Below are positions 17,238 through 26,755 of a stretch of 40,992 bases of DNA, one piece after another (position 1 is the first letter of the stretch; each line of letters opens with the position of its first letter). Under the pieces are notes generated by a model. The model saw only the letters and a list, made by a program, of their open reading frames with translations, did not search any database and was not told where the DNA came from. A program made the position numbers and the translations under genes. Origin of the DNA: Candidatus Bathyarchaeia archaeon. Its GTDB lineage: Archaea; Thermoproteota; Bathyarchaeia; Bathyarchaeales; Bathycorpusculaceae. The stretch lies in the NCBI GenBank assembly GCA_038865865.1, contig JAWBZV010000011.1, positions 1 through 40,992 of the forward strand, given 5' to 3'.

Positions 17238-19157
17238 TTAGCCCACTGTTTTGATGAAGGATTTTCCTTCAACGTTTTGAACTACTATGACGTTCACGTC
17301 TTCAGACGCAACGGGCAACTGGCTTGGCGTGATGACAACGTATTGGACATCTAAACCTTTAACAGAATCCACAATTATTTTTGCAATAATCTCTCTCATA
17401 CGGCTGTCCATGTGAACGTCGTATTCATCTACTGCTCGGAAGGGGGAGCGCACATGCTGTTGTAGGGCTAATAGGAAACTCATGGTGGCTGTGGTTCGTT
17501 CACCCCCGCTTTGTGTATAAGCGTCTAATGGTACGGGTTTTCCACCCTTGAATCCAACGAAGATTTCAAGCCCGGCAGCCTCTATATCATGTCCATCAAC
17601 AAGCTTGACTTCTCCTAAAGCCTGGGACTGGGCTAGAATCTTCTGGTATTCAAGGTTCACCTTTTCCAGAAGGCTTTCAATCACAGTTCTCCAAGCCTGC
17701 ATCCGTGTTTTAACCTCCTCCAAAGCCTTCTCTCGGTTTTCCGCAACCATCCGCGCCTTCTCCTTAAGCTCTAAGTAAAGCTTTGAGTAGGACTCATACA
17801 TGTGCTCCACATCCTCAGAAACGTTTGCTAAAGCGGCTAAGTGCCCGTCGGTTATGCGGATCTCCTCTATAATTTCGCTTGGGCTTTTAATGACGGCGAT
17901 TCTAGGCCCTGTTTCCTCAGCCTTTTTCACGGCGGATGCTAAAAGTCCCTTCGCGTCCTTAAGCGCTCCTTCAATCTCTTCAATGTTCGCCTTTAAGCTC
18001 TCCACGCGATGCTGAAGCAAAGCCAACTTGACCCGCGTCTCGAGAACTTGGCCGGCAACCTTCTCCATCTCCTCTTCAAGAAGCCTCATTTTCGCCTGAT
18101 TATCATACAGCCCCTTGTCCAGCTTGAAGATCTCCTGACTCGAACTTTCTATAATTTCCCTCAGGCTCTCGGTTTTTAAAAGCTTGAACTGCTGGGGGTT
18201 GGCGCGAACATCGCCTATTATTGCTGCTTCTTGGAGAAGCTGCTCGCAAAGCGTGATTACCGCCTGATTTTGGGCTTTCTCCCTTTCAAGGGTTATTCGT
18301 TCATCAAAGATCTTTTTCCATTCGCTCCTTAACTTTTCAAGCTGGCTTTGGCTGTCTCGGAGCTGTTCCACCGCGTTTTTTGTTTCACCTTCCAGCTGAA
18401 CCAGCATGGCCAGCTCTTTTTCGCGTTTTTCCTCAAGCTCTCTGACCATGTTTTCCCTTCGAGTGACCTCCGCCCAAGCCAGCTCTCGCTCCAGGAAACG
18501 CCGCTTTGCATGCAACTGTTTTTTCTCTTGAAACCTGTCGTACTGTTCCCTCCAATAGTTCAGCGTCTGCTCCGCTGACTCCAAAAGCTTGTTTATGGAT
18601 TCCTCTTGACTTAGGATACGCGTAAGCTTTTTCTGGGCTTGAACAACATTTTCGCGGTAGGCCTCAAGCCCAACAGCAGCCTCAACCATGCGCAGCTTTT
18701 CCTGTTTAGAAAGCACGGTGAACTGTTCCACCATGTTCTGATGCATGATGATAAGCATGTTGTCAGGATCGACGCCCAGCTTTGACAAAAGCCTTTCAAC
18801 ATCCTGTTTCGTAGCCGCCCTATTCTCAAGCTCAAACCAGTACTTGCCATCCCGCCTCAAAACCCGTGTTAGAAAAATCTGATCCTTGCTAAACTTTTGA
18901 ACAGGCCTCCTCCCGCCCCGTTTTGTATTATCCAAAATAAGCGTTACACGCGCTTGGTCTCTACCCCAACGGATCAAGTCGCTAAGCTTCCTGGAACGTT
19001 CAGTGTAAGACTGGCCCAAAGCTACGGAAATAGCCAAAAGAAGGGAAGACTTGCCAGCGCCGTTCGGCCCGCAGACAATGTTGACGCCTGGTTTAAGGGG
19101 AACCCTAGCATACTCGTAACTCATGAAGTTTTCAAGGATTACCTCCTGAATCAGCAT
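17238..19157 (-). CDS. Short SMC-like / Rad50-like coiled-coil ABC ATPase
   Basis: 639 aa. N-terminal Walker A 'GPNGAGKSSLL', about 400 aa of heptad-rich coiled coil, C-terminal ABC signature 'SGGERT' and Walker B/D-loop 'VDEYDVHMD'. No CxxC zinc hook and no hinge-length region. Confidence 0.75.
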   Translation of the reverse strand: MLIQEVILENFMSYEYARVPLKPGVNIVCGPNGAGKSSLLLAISVALGQSYTERSRKLSDLIRWGRDQARVTLILDNTKRGGRRPVQKFSKDQIFLTRVLRRDGKYWFELENRAATKQDVERLLSKLGVDPDNMLIIMHQNMVEQFTVLSKQEKLRMVEAAVGLEAYRENVVQAQKKLTRILSQEESINKLLESAEQTLNYWREQYDRFQEKKQLHAKRRFLERELAWAEVTRRENMVRELEEKREKELAMLVQLEGETKNAVEQLRDSQSQLEKLRSEWKKIFDERITLEREKAQNQAVITLCEQLLQEAAIIGDVRANPQQFKLLKTESLREIIESSSQEIFKLDKGLYDNQAKMRLLEEEMEKVAGQVLETRVKLALLQHRVESLKANIEEIEGALKDAKGLLASAVKKAEETGPRIAVIKSPSEIIEEIRITDGHLAALANVSEDVEHMYESYSKLYLELKEKARMVAENREKALEEVKTRMQAWRTVIESLLEKVNLEYQKILAQSQALGEVKLVDGHDIEAAGLEIFVGFKGGKPVPLDAYTQSGGERTTATMSFLLALQQHVRSPFRAVDEYDVHMDSRMREIIAKIIVDSVKGLDVQYVVITPSQLPVASEDVNVIVVQNVEGKSFIKTVG

Positions 19158-19278
19158 TGAAATCCTTTGGCCTCTCCAAGTGGTATTAATTTAAAATTTA
19201 AAACCCTTATTAAAGCAATATGTTAAGTTTAGCCACCTTAACTTTAAAAAAAGAAAGTTTCTGAAGAATCCTCTTATG

Positions 19279-20268
19279 CTATGCGGCAGGCACCAGCTCA
19301 CTAATTTCTATGAGGAACTCGTCTCCGTCTTTCTCGACAACACGCCAGTATACCAAGTAGTATAATTCTGGGAGGATTTCTGCCGCCTTCCCTTCGACAG
19401 TTTGCGCTTTTGATTCCACATCGTTCACGTTTGTGGCTTTTCCATAATATCCCGCATAGGTTATCCCGCTTATAGTTATTTGGATTGGGTAGAATTCGTC
19501 AACAAGCCATCCATGCCTCGCCGCTTCCACCGTACTCTCAAAAACAATGAATTGAAATGCATAATCGTATCCGCTGCCCGCGACTAGCCAAGAGGATAAG
19601 ACCGACAAAATCTGTCCCCAGACCATGTTAGCCAATGGGCCTGGCATTATTTGATTGTCTATCCGCATCTGGAGAGCTTGTAAGAAATCTGGGGTGACCC
19701 AGAACCTTGCAATAGTTTCCTTATCTTCCCCCGAGTATGCAGCATCCAAGATTTTAACCTGCTGTCCACTAAGCTCGCCTACCGTCCAATTGTATTTTAG
19801 TGAATATGTTTTTGTTTCCCCCGTGGTTGAATTGAACACTGTAATGGTTATCTTTCCAAGTTTGTATCTGTTTAAGAGCTCTGTGAAATCATATAAACTA
19901 GCCTGCATAAGCTTTCCAGTAGGCGTGGGTGTTGGTGTTGCTACTGGCGTAGGTGTAGGCGTAGGCGCTGGGGTAGGCGTGGGCGTAGGCGAAGGCATTG
20001 GCGAAGGTTGCGGAGTTGGTGTTAAGGTTGGTTTCGGTGTTGGACTTGGTGAGGGTGTGGATGTAAGCGTTGGGGTTGGCGTTGGAGAAGGCTTGACTGT
20101 TGGAGTGGGTGTGGGTATTGGTGTAGGCGTCGGGCTGGGTGAAGGCGCAGGCGACGGTTGTTGAAGCATTAGGTAGGTTGCACCAGTAGCTATAGCTATA
20201 ACTATAACCACTATTATGGCTACAACCATTTTTGAAATAGCTTTTTTAGGAAAGGCTTCCACCCCCAC
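19279..20268 (-). CDS. Cell-surface protein with N-terminal membrane anchor and Pro/Thr-rich linker
   Basis: 329 aa. N-terminal TM '[22 protein letters not shown]', about 85 aa of (S/T)PTPTP repeats (a probable O-glycosylated stalk), then a 200-aa globular C-terminal domain. Confidence 0.6.
   Translation of the reverse strand: MGVEAFPKKAISKMVVAIIVVIVIAIATGATYLMLQQPSPAPSPSPTPTPIPTPTPTVKPSPTPTPTLTSTPSPSPTPKPTLTPTPQPSPMPSPTPTPTPAPTPTPTPVATPTPTPTGKLMQASLYDFTELLNRYKLGKITITVFNSTTGETKTYSLKYNWTVGELSGQQVKILDAAYSGEDKETIARFWVTPDFLQALQMRIDNQIMPGPLANMVWGQILSVLSSWLVAGSGYDYAFQFIVFESTVEAARHGWLVDEFYPIQITISGITYAGYYGKATNVNDVESKAQTVEGKAAEILPELYYLVYWRVVEKDGDEFLIEISELVPAA
19920..20160. repeat. Low-complexity GGYGTRGGY microsatellite-like repeat encoding the PT-rich linker
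   Basis: Visible tandem 'ggcgtaggtgtaggcgtaggcgctggggtaggcgtgggc...' degenerate hexamer repeats. They generate the spurious GVGVG ORF 19655..20164 on the opposite strand. Confidence 0.7.
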
Positions 20269-20409
20269 CCTTGCGCCATACTTAAAGTATACCTTCTTTT
20301 ACGTGGGATATTTTAGATTTTTGCATCAATAATCTATTTGTAACCTCTAAGAGTGTCAAACATAAAACTTTAGTTTCCTTTGCAACAATAGAGAATTCGG
20401 TGGATAAAT

Positions 20410-21105
20410 GTGGTGGTGGCTGGCAAAATTTTTAGGCTTTCAGAACCGCTTTCCTTGGATGAAGTTGCCTCTAAGCTTGAGGGTTATCACGTTGAGGAGA
20501 CTTATGAGGAGGGCGGCTACAAGTTCACTCTCCTAACTGAGGTTATGGGACTTCTGCTGAAAGAAAACATGCTTCGAGGCATTTACTCACATGATTATGT
20601 GATCCACGTTTTCCACAGAGGAAAAGTTGCGCCCCTACCCCGCACAGTTGAGGCGCTTTTCAACCTATCCCAGCTTGGAAAAGCCACGCTTTTAACAGTC
20701 GTTGAGAAAAAGCGCCTAGCCAACTTCGTAGCCAACAAGCTCAGCGAGATCCTATTTAACAGAATAGGAGGCATAGTGGAGGCGCGGATACCCCCAGAAA
20801 CCCTAAGGGAGTTTCATCTTAGAAATCCTGAGGACACGAAGATCACGTTTTTCGACAACGTTGACATCCCAAACGTCAACAAGCTTTCGCTTTACGGGCC
20901 AGACCTCATAAACACTTCGCTTTTCGAAGAATACTGCAAACACAGCGACCTATGGTACATCGTTGCCCGGGCAAGGGAATATGGCTACGTGGTAGGCTTA
21001 ACCCGCGATGCCTCAGTAACAATATTTAACATCACAGATAAAGAGAAATACCTCGAATACGTTGCCAAGGAAATTTACCCACTAGTTTTGGAATCTACCC
21101 TCTAA
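20410..21105 (+). CDS. Hypothetical protein
   Basis: 231-aa ORF with a GTG start at 20410. No recognisable motif. Coding-like composition. Confidence 0.4.
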   Translation: MVVAGKIFRLSEPLSLDEVASKLEGYHVEETYEEGGYKFTLLTEVMGLLLKENMLRGIYSHDYVIHVFHRGKVAPLPRTVEALFNLSQLGKATLLTVVEKKRLANFVANKLSEILFNRIGGIVEARIPPETLREFHLRNPEDTKITFFDNVDIPNVNKLSLYGPDLINTSLFEEYCKHSDLWYIVARAREYGYVVGLTRDASVTIFNITDKEKYLEYVAKEIYPLVLESTL

Positions 21106-21207
21106 CACGATGGGTTTAACCCTTAGGCTTTATCTAACCTCAAGCAGGTTTGTTGGAACAATGCAAGTGTTTTACGCAATGTTCTGGCGGTATGGTAAAC
21201 TTTAAAA

Positions 21208-21645
21208 GTGAAGATTGGGATAAGCAATTGGAAATTTGAGGAACCATATTTGAAAATTAATAGAAAACTCCACATTTTGGACTATGAGTCGGGCGCTCTT
21301 ATTGTTACCATTATGGCTATTGGTTTTGCAGCTGTAGTCTATGGTTTAAACCTTATTCCCTTCAACTTCCTCAATCTCCCAGCCTGGGTCTTTTGCCCCC
21401 TTGGGGCGTACACCCTCATTTACGCGCTCCTTTCCCGCAGAGACCCAGTTTATTATGCAGTTTGGGGAACCGTTATGCTTGCTGTGGGCTTAGTTTCAGC
21501 CTCCTACAACGTGGTAAGTCCACTGCTTGTTTTGGGGATACTTTTAATTATAATCGCGGTTATGGGTATATTTGCATACAAGAGGAGTAAATCATGGGCG
21601 GGAAAGACTCTTTGGAAAGGGTTCGCGGGGAAAGGAGCCTTTTAG
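21208..21645 (+). CDS. Small integral membrane protein (about 4 TM)
   Basis: 145 aa, hydrophobic helices 'ALIVTIMAIGFAAVVYGL', 'VFCPLGAYTLIYALL', 'VMLAVGLVSASY', 'LLVLGILLIIIAVMGIFAY'. First gene of an apparent three-gene unit. Confidence 0.5.
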   Translation: MKIGISNWKFEEPYLKINRKLHILDYESGALIVTIMAIGFAAVVYGLNLIPFNFLNLPAWVFCPLGAYTLIYALLSRRDPVYYAVWGTVMLAVGLVSASYNVVSPLLVLGILLIIIAVMGIFAYKRSKSWAGKTLWKGFAGKGAF

Positions 21646-21653
21646 AGAAAGTT

Positions 21654-22133
21654 ATGGGCTATATCCCAGGGTACAGGGGTTATAAGGAGAAGGAGCTGAG
21701 GAGGGAAAGCGATCGCCTTGTGAGGATGGAGGTTGTGAGCAGACTCAGGGCTGCAAAGGACACTTTTAGAAGGAGTTTTGCAAACTCCAGCGTTGTTCAG
21801 AGGCTTGCAGACGAAGATACATACAGGTTTGAAGCCTTTTTATCCCGCTTGGATAGGGTTACCCAACGCATAGAGAGGGCTGTGGCAGGTTATGCCGGAG
21901 TTTTTGATGCGGTTAAAGTTAAAGAGGATAAGCTTGACATGGTCATAAAACATGACTTGAGTTTAATCGAGAAAGCTGAATCTGTGAAGGCGGCTGTGGA
22001 AAGTGTTGTCAAAATGGAAACAGGCGGGGATGAGTGGAAAAAGGCTATGGATGAGTTAATATCTAAAGTTGGAGAGCTTGACATGCTCGTTGACCAAAGG
22101 TCAGAGATCCTCAGAGGGATTGGAGCAGGTTAA
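21654..22133 (+). CDS. Charged coiled-coil protein (possible PspA/stress-module partner)
   Basis: The track ORF 21594..22133 overlaps the preceding gene. The internal ATG at 21654 (MGYIPGYRGY...) gives 160 aa. Arg/Glu-rich helical sequence. Directly precedes the SPFH gene. Confidence 0.45.
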   Translation: MGYIPGYRGYKEKELRRESDRLVRMEVVSRLRAAKDTFRRSFANSSVVQRLADEDTYRFEAFLSRLDRVTQRIERAVAGYAGVFDAVKVKEDKLDMVIKHDLSLIEKAESVKAAVESVVKMETGGDEWKKAMDELISKVGELDMLVDQRSEILRGIGAG

Positions 22134-22147
22134 AGGAGTGGAACTGC

Positions 22148-23188
22148 ATGCCTAAAGTTATAGAGTGGGTTGGAGCAAAAGAGGGGGACATTGTTTGGAG
22201 GTATCCCATTGAGGAGATCAGCTGGGGAGACAACCTCATAGTCCATGAGTATGAGGCTGCTGTCTTCTTTAGAGATGGAAAGGCATATGATGTTTTCAGG
22301 GCTGGACGCCACGTTTTGTCGACAGCAAACCTTCCATTGCTAACCAAGGTTCTTTCAAGGATCGCTGGATTTGATAAGGTTCCCTTCAGATGCTCCATTG
22401 TCTTTGTCTCATTAAAACAGTTTCAGGGGAGATTTGGAGCCCAGGGGCAGACGAAGGAACTTGCCCCCCTAAAGTTTTTCGGAAGTTTCTGGTTTAGGGC
22501 AGGGGATCCCAACCTTTTTGTTAACGAGGTAGTGGGCGGCCAAGGAGTCTTCACAACAGAGGCGCTTCAAAACTTCCTCAGGGGCTACTTTAACGAGAAG
22601 CTTATCGACGCTTTAAGCCAATACTCGCTTGTTGATGTTTACGGCAAACTAGACGAAACCAGCCTCATGGCTAAAACCACCCTCTTCGACGCTTTCTCAA
22701 GAATAGGCCTCGAATTAATCGACGTGAAATTTGAGGGGATAGACACAACGCCGGAATGGAGGGACAGACTCTTCTACGTAAAAACAGGCGTAGCTGCAAC
22801 AGAAGTCCTGAGAATGGAAACTGTTCAAAGATCAGCTGAAAGCCTCTCCAAAAGCCCAGGGGCAGCCGTTGGAGCGGGAGTGGCAATAATTCCACCCCTG
22901 TTCCAGCAGCCTGCTCAAGCTCCAGCACCCGCCCAACCCATGATTCTGTGTCCAAAATGTAACTTCCAGAACCCCCAGAGCTCGAAGTTCTGCAGCAACT
23001 GCGGTGCACCCTTGCAGGCGGCAGGTGGGGTTAACTGCCCAAAGTGCGGGGCGTCCAACCCCGCTGGAGCAAAGTTCTGCATCAACTGTGGAAGCCCCTT
23101 GAAGGTTGTTGCCAAATGTCCCAAGTGTGGAAGTGAGATTCAGCCTGGGGCTAAGTTTTGCCCAAACTGCGGGGAAAAACTAGTTTAG
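22148..23188 (+). CDS. SPFH/Band-7-like (YdjI-type, 'Band_7_1') protein with four C-terminal zinc-ribbon repeats
   Basis: N-terminus 'EAAVFFRDGKAYDVFRAGRHVLSTANLPLLT' closely parallels B. subtilis YdjI 'QAAVFVNEGQIADVF...LETANMPILT'. The C-terminus carries 4 CPKC/CxNCG ribbon repeats ('CPKCNF..CSNCG', 'CPKCGA..CINCG', 'CPKCGS..CPNCG') after a PAQAPAPAQP linker. Confidence 0.75.
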   Translation: MPKVIEWVGAKEGDIVWRYPIEEISWGDNLIVHEYEAAVFFRDGKAYDVFRAGRHVLSTANLPLLTKVLSRIAGFDKVPFRCSIVFVSLKQFQGRFGAQGQTKELAPLKFFGSFWFRAGDPNLFVNEVVGGQGVFTTEALQNFLRGYFNEKLIDALSQYSLVDVYGKLDETSLMAKTTLFDAFSRIGLELIDVKFEGIDTTPEWRDRLFYVKTGVAATEVLRMETVQRSAESLSKSPGAAVGAGVAIIPPLFQQPAQAPAPAQPMILCPKCNFQNPQSSKFCSNCGAPLQAAGGVNCPKCGASNPAGAKFCINCGSPLKVVAKCPKCGSEIQPGAKFCPNCGEKLV

Positions 23189-23312
23189 CCAGCCCTTGCC
23201 TACATTTTTCTGATTTATATCCGTTAAAGCAGTTTTCTTATTTCACCATTTTGAAAATGAATATTTTTGCGGTAAAGCTTAATGCTTGCCGCCCGTTAGC
23301 TTCTAGCGGGTT

Positions 23313-23942
23313 GTGATGGGAGGCAACCTTAAGGGTTTATGGAACGTTGTTTTGAGCGGTTACCCGCGTTCCGGTAAAACAACCCTCGCGAGGAGGCTTG
23401 TTGCAGATTACCCCTACTTCGCAAGGGTTAGCGTTGACCAGTTGAGGGAGATGCTTTTTTATGAAACTTTTCCCTGCCGCGACGAGTTTCTGGTTTACTC
23501 CATTATTGCTGAAATGCGGGACGCCCTGCTTAGGAGGGGCTACAGCGTCGTAATAGACTCGACAGCCCCAGACAATGTGACCCGCCGATTTCTTTTAACC
23601 TCGAAAGTTATGCCTGTACATAGCCTGCTTATAGTGTTAAATGTTGAGAGGGAAATCCTCATTAAGAGAAGTGTTGAAAAATTCGGAGACGCCTCGCCTG
23701 TTGCCGCCTACGATAGGCGCTGGGAAAACCCGAAGGGCAACATAGCGGTTTTCAAGTTTAAAAGCAACACCCCTGAAGAGTTTGAAGCCTATTATACCCG
23801 CCTAAAGGAGCTTTTGGAGAGCGAAACTCGCCCCTATAGGCCAGAATTCCATCCGAGGATTGCCGCCCTAAAAGAGGTGAGAAGGGCTCTGGAAAACCTC
23901 CTTAAGAAAACCTCAGAACCGCAGCGCCCCAAGTCTTTCTAA
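23313..23942 (+). CDS. P-loop kinase (AAA_33 / zeta-toxin / polynucleotide-kinase-like)
   Basis: Walker A 'GYPRSGKTT' near the N-terminus, 209 aa. Small nucleotide/nucleoside kinase-like fold. Confidence 0.6.
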   Translation: MMGGNLKGLWNVVLSGYPRSGKTTLARRLVADYPYFARVSVDQLREMLFYETFPCRDEFLVYSIIAEMRDALLRRGYSVVIDSTAPDNVTRRFLLTSKVMPVHSLLIVLNVEREILIKRSVEKFGDASPVAAYDRRWENPKGNIAVFKFKSNTPEEFEAYYTRLKELLESETRPYRPEFHPRIAALKEVRRALENLLKKTSEPQRPKSF

Positions 23943-23987
23943 AGTTTTTATGCTTGCCCACGAAAATGTTAGGTTTGGGGAAGATGT

Positions 23988-24227
23988 TTGGAAGCCTACG
24001 TTTTAATAAACGCTGAGCCCGGCATGATATGGAAGGTTGCAGAAGCCGCCGTAAAGATTGAGGGCGTTAAGATGGCGCATGCGGTGACTGGACAGTTTGA
24101 CGATGTTGTCTTCGTCGAGTTTGCAAAAATGGAGGATCTCGGACGGATAATTGAGAAACTCCACAACATCAATGGGGTACGCCGCACCCAAACTTTGGTC
24201 GCAATCCCAGCAACTATCAGGGAATAG
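23988..24227 (+). CDS. Stand-alone RAM-domain (Lrp/AsnC C-terminal ligand-binding domain) protein
   Basis: 79 aa 'YVLINAEPG...VKMAHAVTGQFDDVVFVEFAKMEDLGRII' matches the AsnC_trans_reg/RAM fold pattern, with no HTH. Confidence 0.65.
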   Translation: MEAYVLINAEPGMIWKVAEAAVKIEGVKMAHAVTGQFDDVVFVEFAKMEDLGRIIEKLHNINGVRRTQTLVAIPATIRE

Positions 24228-24251
24228 CCCAAACATCAGTGCTGTTTAGGT

Positions 24252-24836
24252 TTAGGTTATACCAAGCCAAAAGCCTAAATGTTCTCCGAAATGGGCCAGA
24301 AGAATGAAGACGATAAGCCTCGGTGTGAAGCTTAAAACCATGAAAACATCGAGACGCACTTTAAGCAACCCGCAGAAAAGGGATAAAAGCTCCACAGGTA
24401 AGACGGGCGTTAGGCCAAAAATCACATATAAAATCCACCCCCATTTTCTCCATAGAAATGAAATTTCTTCAAGCCTTTCCTCCCCAACTTTTTTCATAAC
24501 ATATGGCCTTCCAAGGCTGCAGGCCAAGGCATAATTGGTCAGCATGCCGATTGTAAACCCTGCGGTTGCGGTTAAGGCGAGGGGGACGGGATGAAGCCCA
24601 AAGGAAGCTGCTGTCACCACTAGAGCTGGGCTTCCAAGGGGCACAATTGTCCCAGCCAATATTGTAGCTAGAAAAATACCCAAGAGGCCATATTCCTTAA
24701 CAAAGGCTTTCGCGTCTAATAAAAGCTGATTTTCCCAAACATTTAGGGTTTTTAAAATGAAAACGGCTGCCAACCCTAAGCATCCTAGGGTTACACCCAA
24801 AATAATGGAAGACCTAATCCACGAAATTTTAAACAT
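24252..24836 (-). CDS. DedA/SNARE-associated (TVP38) family membrane protein
   Basis: Central 'GLLGIFLATILAGTIVPLGSPALVV' re-entrant motif typical of DedA. Probable start at the internal ATG (MFKISW..., 24836) rather than the track start at 24908. Confidence 0.7.
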   Translation of the reverse strand: MFKISWIRSSIILGVTLGCLGLAAVFILKTLNVWENQLLLDAKAFVKEYGLLGIFLATILAGTIVPLGSPALVVTAASFGLHPVPLALTATAGFTIGMLTNYALACSLGRPYVMKKVGEERLEEISFLWRKWGWILYVIFGLTPVLPVELLSLFCGLLKVRLDVFMVLSFTPRLIVFILLAHFGEHLGFWLGIT

Positions 24837-25019
24837 GCTTCGGGGCCTTCCGTTCTTTTCCCTTCCATGGCTTGTTGCGGTTGAGAGGCCCCTCTTAAAG
24901 TCTAACACCCGCCATTCCCACCGCTATCATCCTTGGGTTTTCTCTCCAAAGGTTAATGAAACTTAAATACTTGTTTTTTCCAGTATAGATCTTCAAAACC
25001 ACGATTTGGAGGAACATGA

Positions 25020-26192
25020 TTGAAGGGTAAACCCCTAGTATCCATTGTTTCTGCGGGCCTATCAAAGTTTGGTAAGCTTGACGGTTTGTACGCGCGGGAA
25101 CTCTTTGCAGAAGCCGTTAAAGAGGCCTATGAACGTTGTCCAAAGCTTGACCCCAAAAAAGACATTGAAGCCCTCTTCATTGGGCATATGGGAGAATCTT
25201 ATGAGCATCAAGGCCACACTGGGGCTACAGCCGCAGACTGGGCTGGGCTTCTCCCTGTGGCCGCCGTCAGGGTGGAGGCTGCATGCAGCTCGTCTGGCGT
25301 AGCTTTAAGAAATGGGATATACGCTGTACTTTCAGGTTTATGCGATGTCGTCATGGTTGGCGGTGTTGAAAAAATGACTCATAGAAGCACTCCTGAGGTC
25401 ACAGAATTTTTAGCCATGGCTTCAGACTTCCCCTTCGAACAATGGAATGGTTTAACGTTTCCAGGATTATACGCGCTTATAGCAACGGCCCACATGCACA
25501 AGTATGGCACAACGGAGAAACAGTTGGCCCATATAGCCGTCAAAAACCACCATAATGGCAGCCTAAACCCGAAAGCGCACTTCCAAAAGGAAATCACCCT
25601 TGAACAGGCGTTAACGGCGCGGGTTATAGCGTGGCCCCTCAAACTTTTCGACTGCTCACCCATAACCGACGGGGCGAGTTGCGTAATCCTAACCAAGCCG
25701 GAGCTAGCCAGAAAGTTCACGGATACACCTGTCCACATAATTGGAAGCGGCCACGCCTGCGACGCCATAGGCATATATGAAAGAGAAGACTTCACATCCC
25801 TTAGAGCGGCAAAAATAGCCGCTAAAAAAGCCTATGAAATGGCGGGAATTAAACCTGAAGACGTGGATCTAGCTGAAGTGCACGACTGCTTCACCATAGC
25901 CGAAATAATCGCCTACGAAGATTTAGGCTTCTGTAAACCTGGCGAAGGTGGTAAGCTGGCGGAAAGCGGCGAAACAGCCCTTGACGGCAGGATCCCCGTG
26001 AACACGAGCGGAGGCTTAAAGGCCAAAGGACACCCTGTGGGCGCAACAGGAACAGCCCAAGCCTACGAGATTTATTTGCAACTTACGGGACAAGCGGGGA
26101 AAAGACAAGTGGCGGACGCCGAGATAGGGTTAACCCACAACGTGGGAGGTTCAGGCGTCACAGCCGCAGTTCACATTTACAGGAGGGGCTAG
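25020..26192 (+). CDS. Thiolase-family acetyl-CoA C-acetyltransferase (archaeal, DUF35-partnered type)
   Basis: 390 aa. Active-site Cys in 'VEAACSSSGVA', C-terminal 'NTSGGLKAKGHPVGATG' thiolase signature. TTG start with GGAGG 8 nt upstream. Confidence 0.8.
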   Translation: MKGKPLVSIVSAGLSKFGKLDGLYARELFAEAVKEAYERCPKLDPKKDIEALFIGHMGESYEHQGHTGATAADWAGLLPVAAVRVEAACSSSGVALRNGIYAVLSGLCDVVMVGGVEKMTHRSTPEVTEFLAMASDFPFEQWNGLTFPGLYALIATAHMHKYGTTEKQLAHIAVKNHHNGSLNPKAHFQKEITLEQALTARVIAWPLKLFDCSPITDGASCVILTKPELARKFTDTPVHIIGSGHACDAIGIYEREDFTSLRAAKIAAKKAYEMAGIKPEDVDLAEVHDCFTIAEIIAYEDLGFCKPGEGGKLAESGETALDGRIPVNTSGGLKAKGHPVGATGTAQAYEIYLQLTGQAGKRQVADAEIGLTHNVGGSGVTAAVHIYRRG

Positions 26193-26195
26193 GTA

Positions 26196-26597
26196 ATGAG
26201 CGCACAGCCTCCTTTCACAATAGAGGAGTTCTACAGGAACATAAGCCAGAAAAAGCTGGTTGGTGGGAAATGCCTTAAATGCGGTAAGGTGCATGTTCCA
26301 CCAAGACCGCTCTGTGACCAGTGCCTCTCAAAAGATTTCGAGATGGTAGAGCTTCCTAAAAATGGAAAACTTTTAACATACACGGTAATTCACGTTGCAC
26401 CAGTCCAGTTTCAAAGCATGGCGCCGTATGCAGTAGGCATAGTGCTGCTTGAAAATGGCGTTAAAATTCCAGGAATGATAAAGGGCGCCACGCCGGAACA
26501 GCTGAAAATAGGCATGCAGTTAACAATGGAGTTTGAAGAAGCTCCGAAAACCCAGCAATGGCCTCAGTGGCCGAGGTACTATTTCAAACCAGCATGA
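26196..26597 (+). CDS. DUF35 OB-fold/zinc-ribbon protein (thiolase/HMG-CoA synthase scaffold subunit)
   Basis: 133 aa with the rubredoxin-like 'CLKCGKVHVPPRPLCDQC' ribbon followed by an OB-fold. 3 nt downstream of the thiolase stop. Confidence 0.8.
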   Translation: MSAQPPFTIEEFYRNISQKKLVGGKCLKCGKVHVPPRPLCDQCLSKDFEMVELPKNGKLLTYTVIHVAPVQFQSMAPYAVGIVLLENGVKIPGMIKGATPEQLKIGMQLTMEFEEAPKTQQWPQWPRYYFKPA

Positions 26598-26755
26598 AAT
26601 TTTCGCCAAAAACGTTGTCAGGGCTGGCTAAGCTTCAAGAGGGACGCAGCAGCCCACTTCTATTTCCTTAAATGTGTTCTTTCAAGTTTTGAAGCGCAAA
26701 GTTTAAAGGTTAATGGCTTGTTTAGGTTTCGGATACTAGTCTACGAGGGTTTGTT

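Noticed and set aside
19655-20164. 169-aa plus-strand ORF rich in GVGVG repeats
   Set aside because: It is the reverse complement of the Pro/Thr-codon repeat of the minus-strand surface protein. It is low-complexity and antisense to a better-supported gene.
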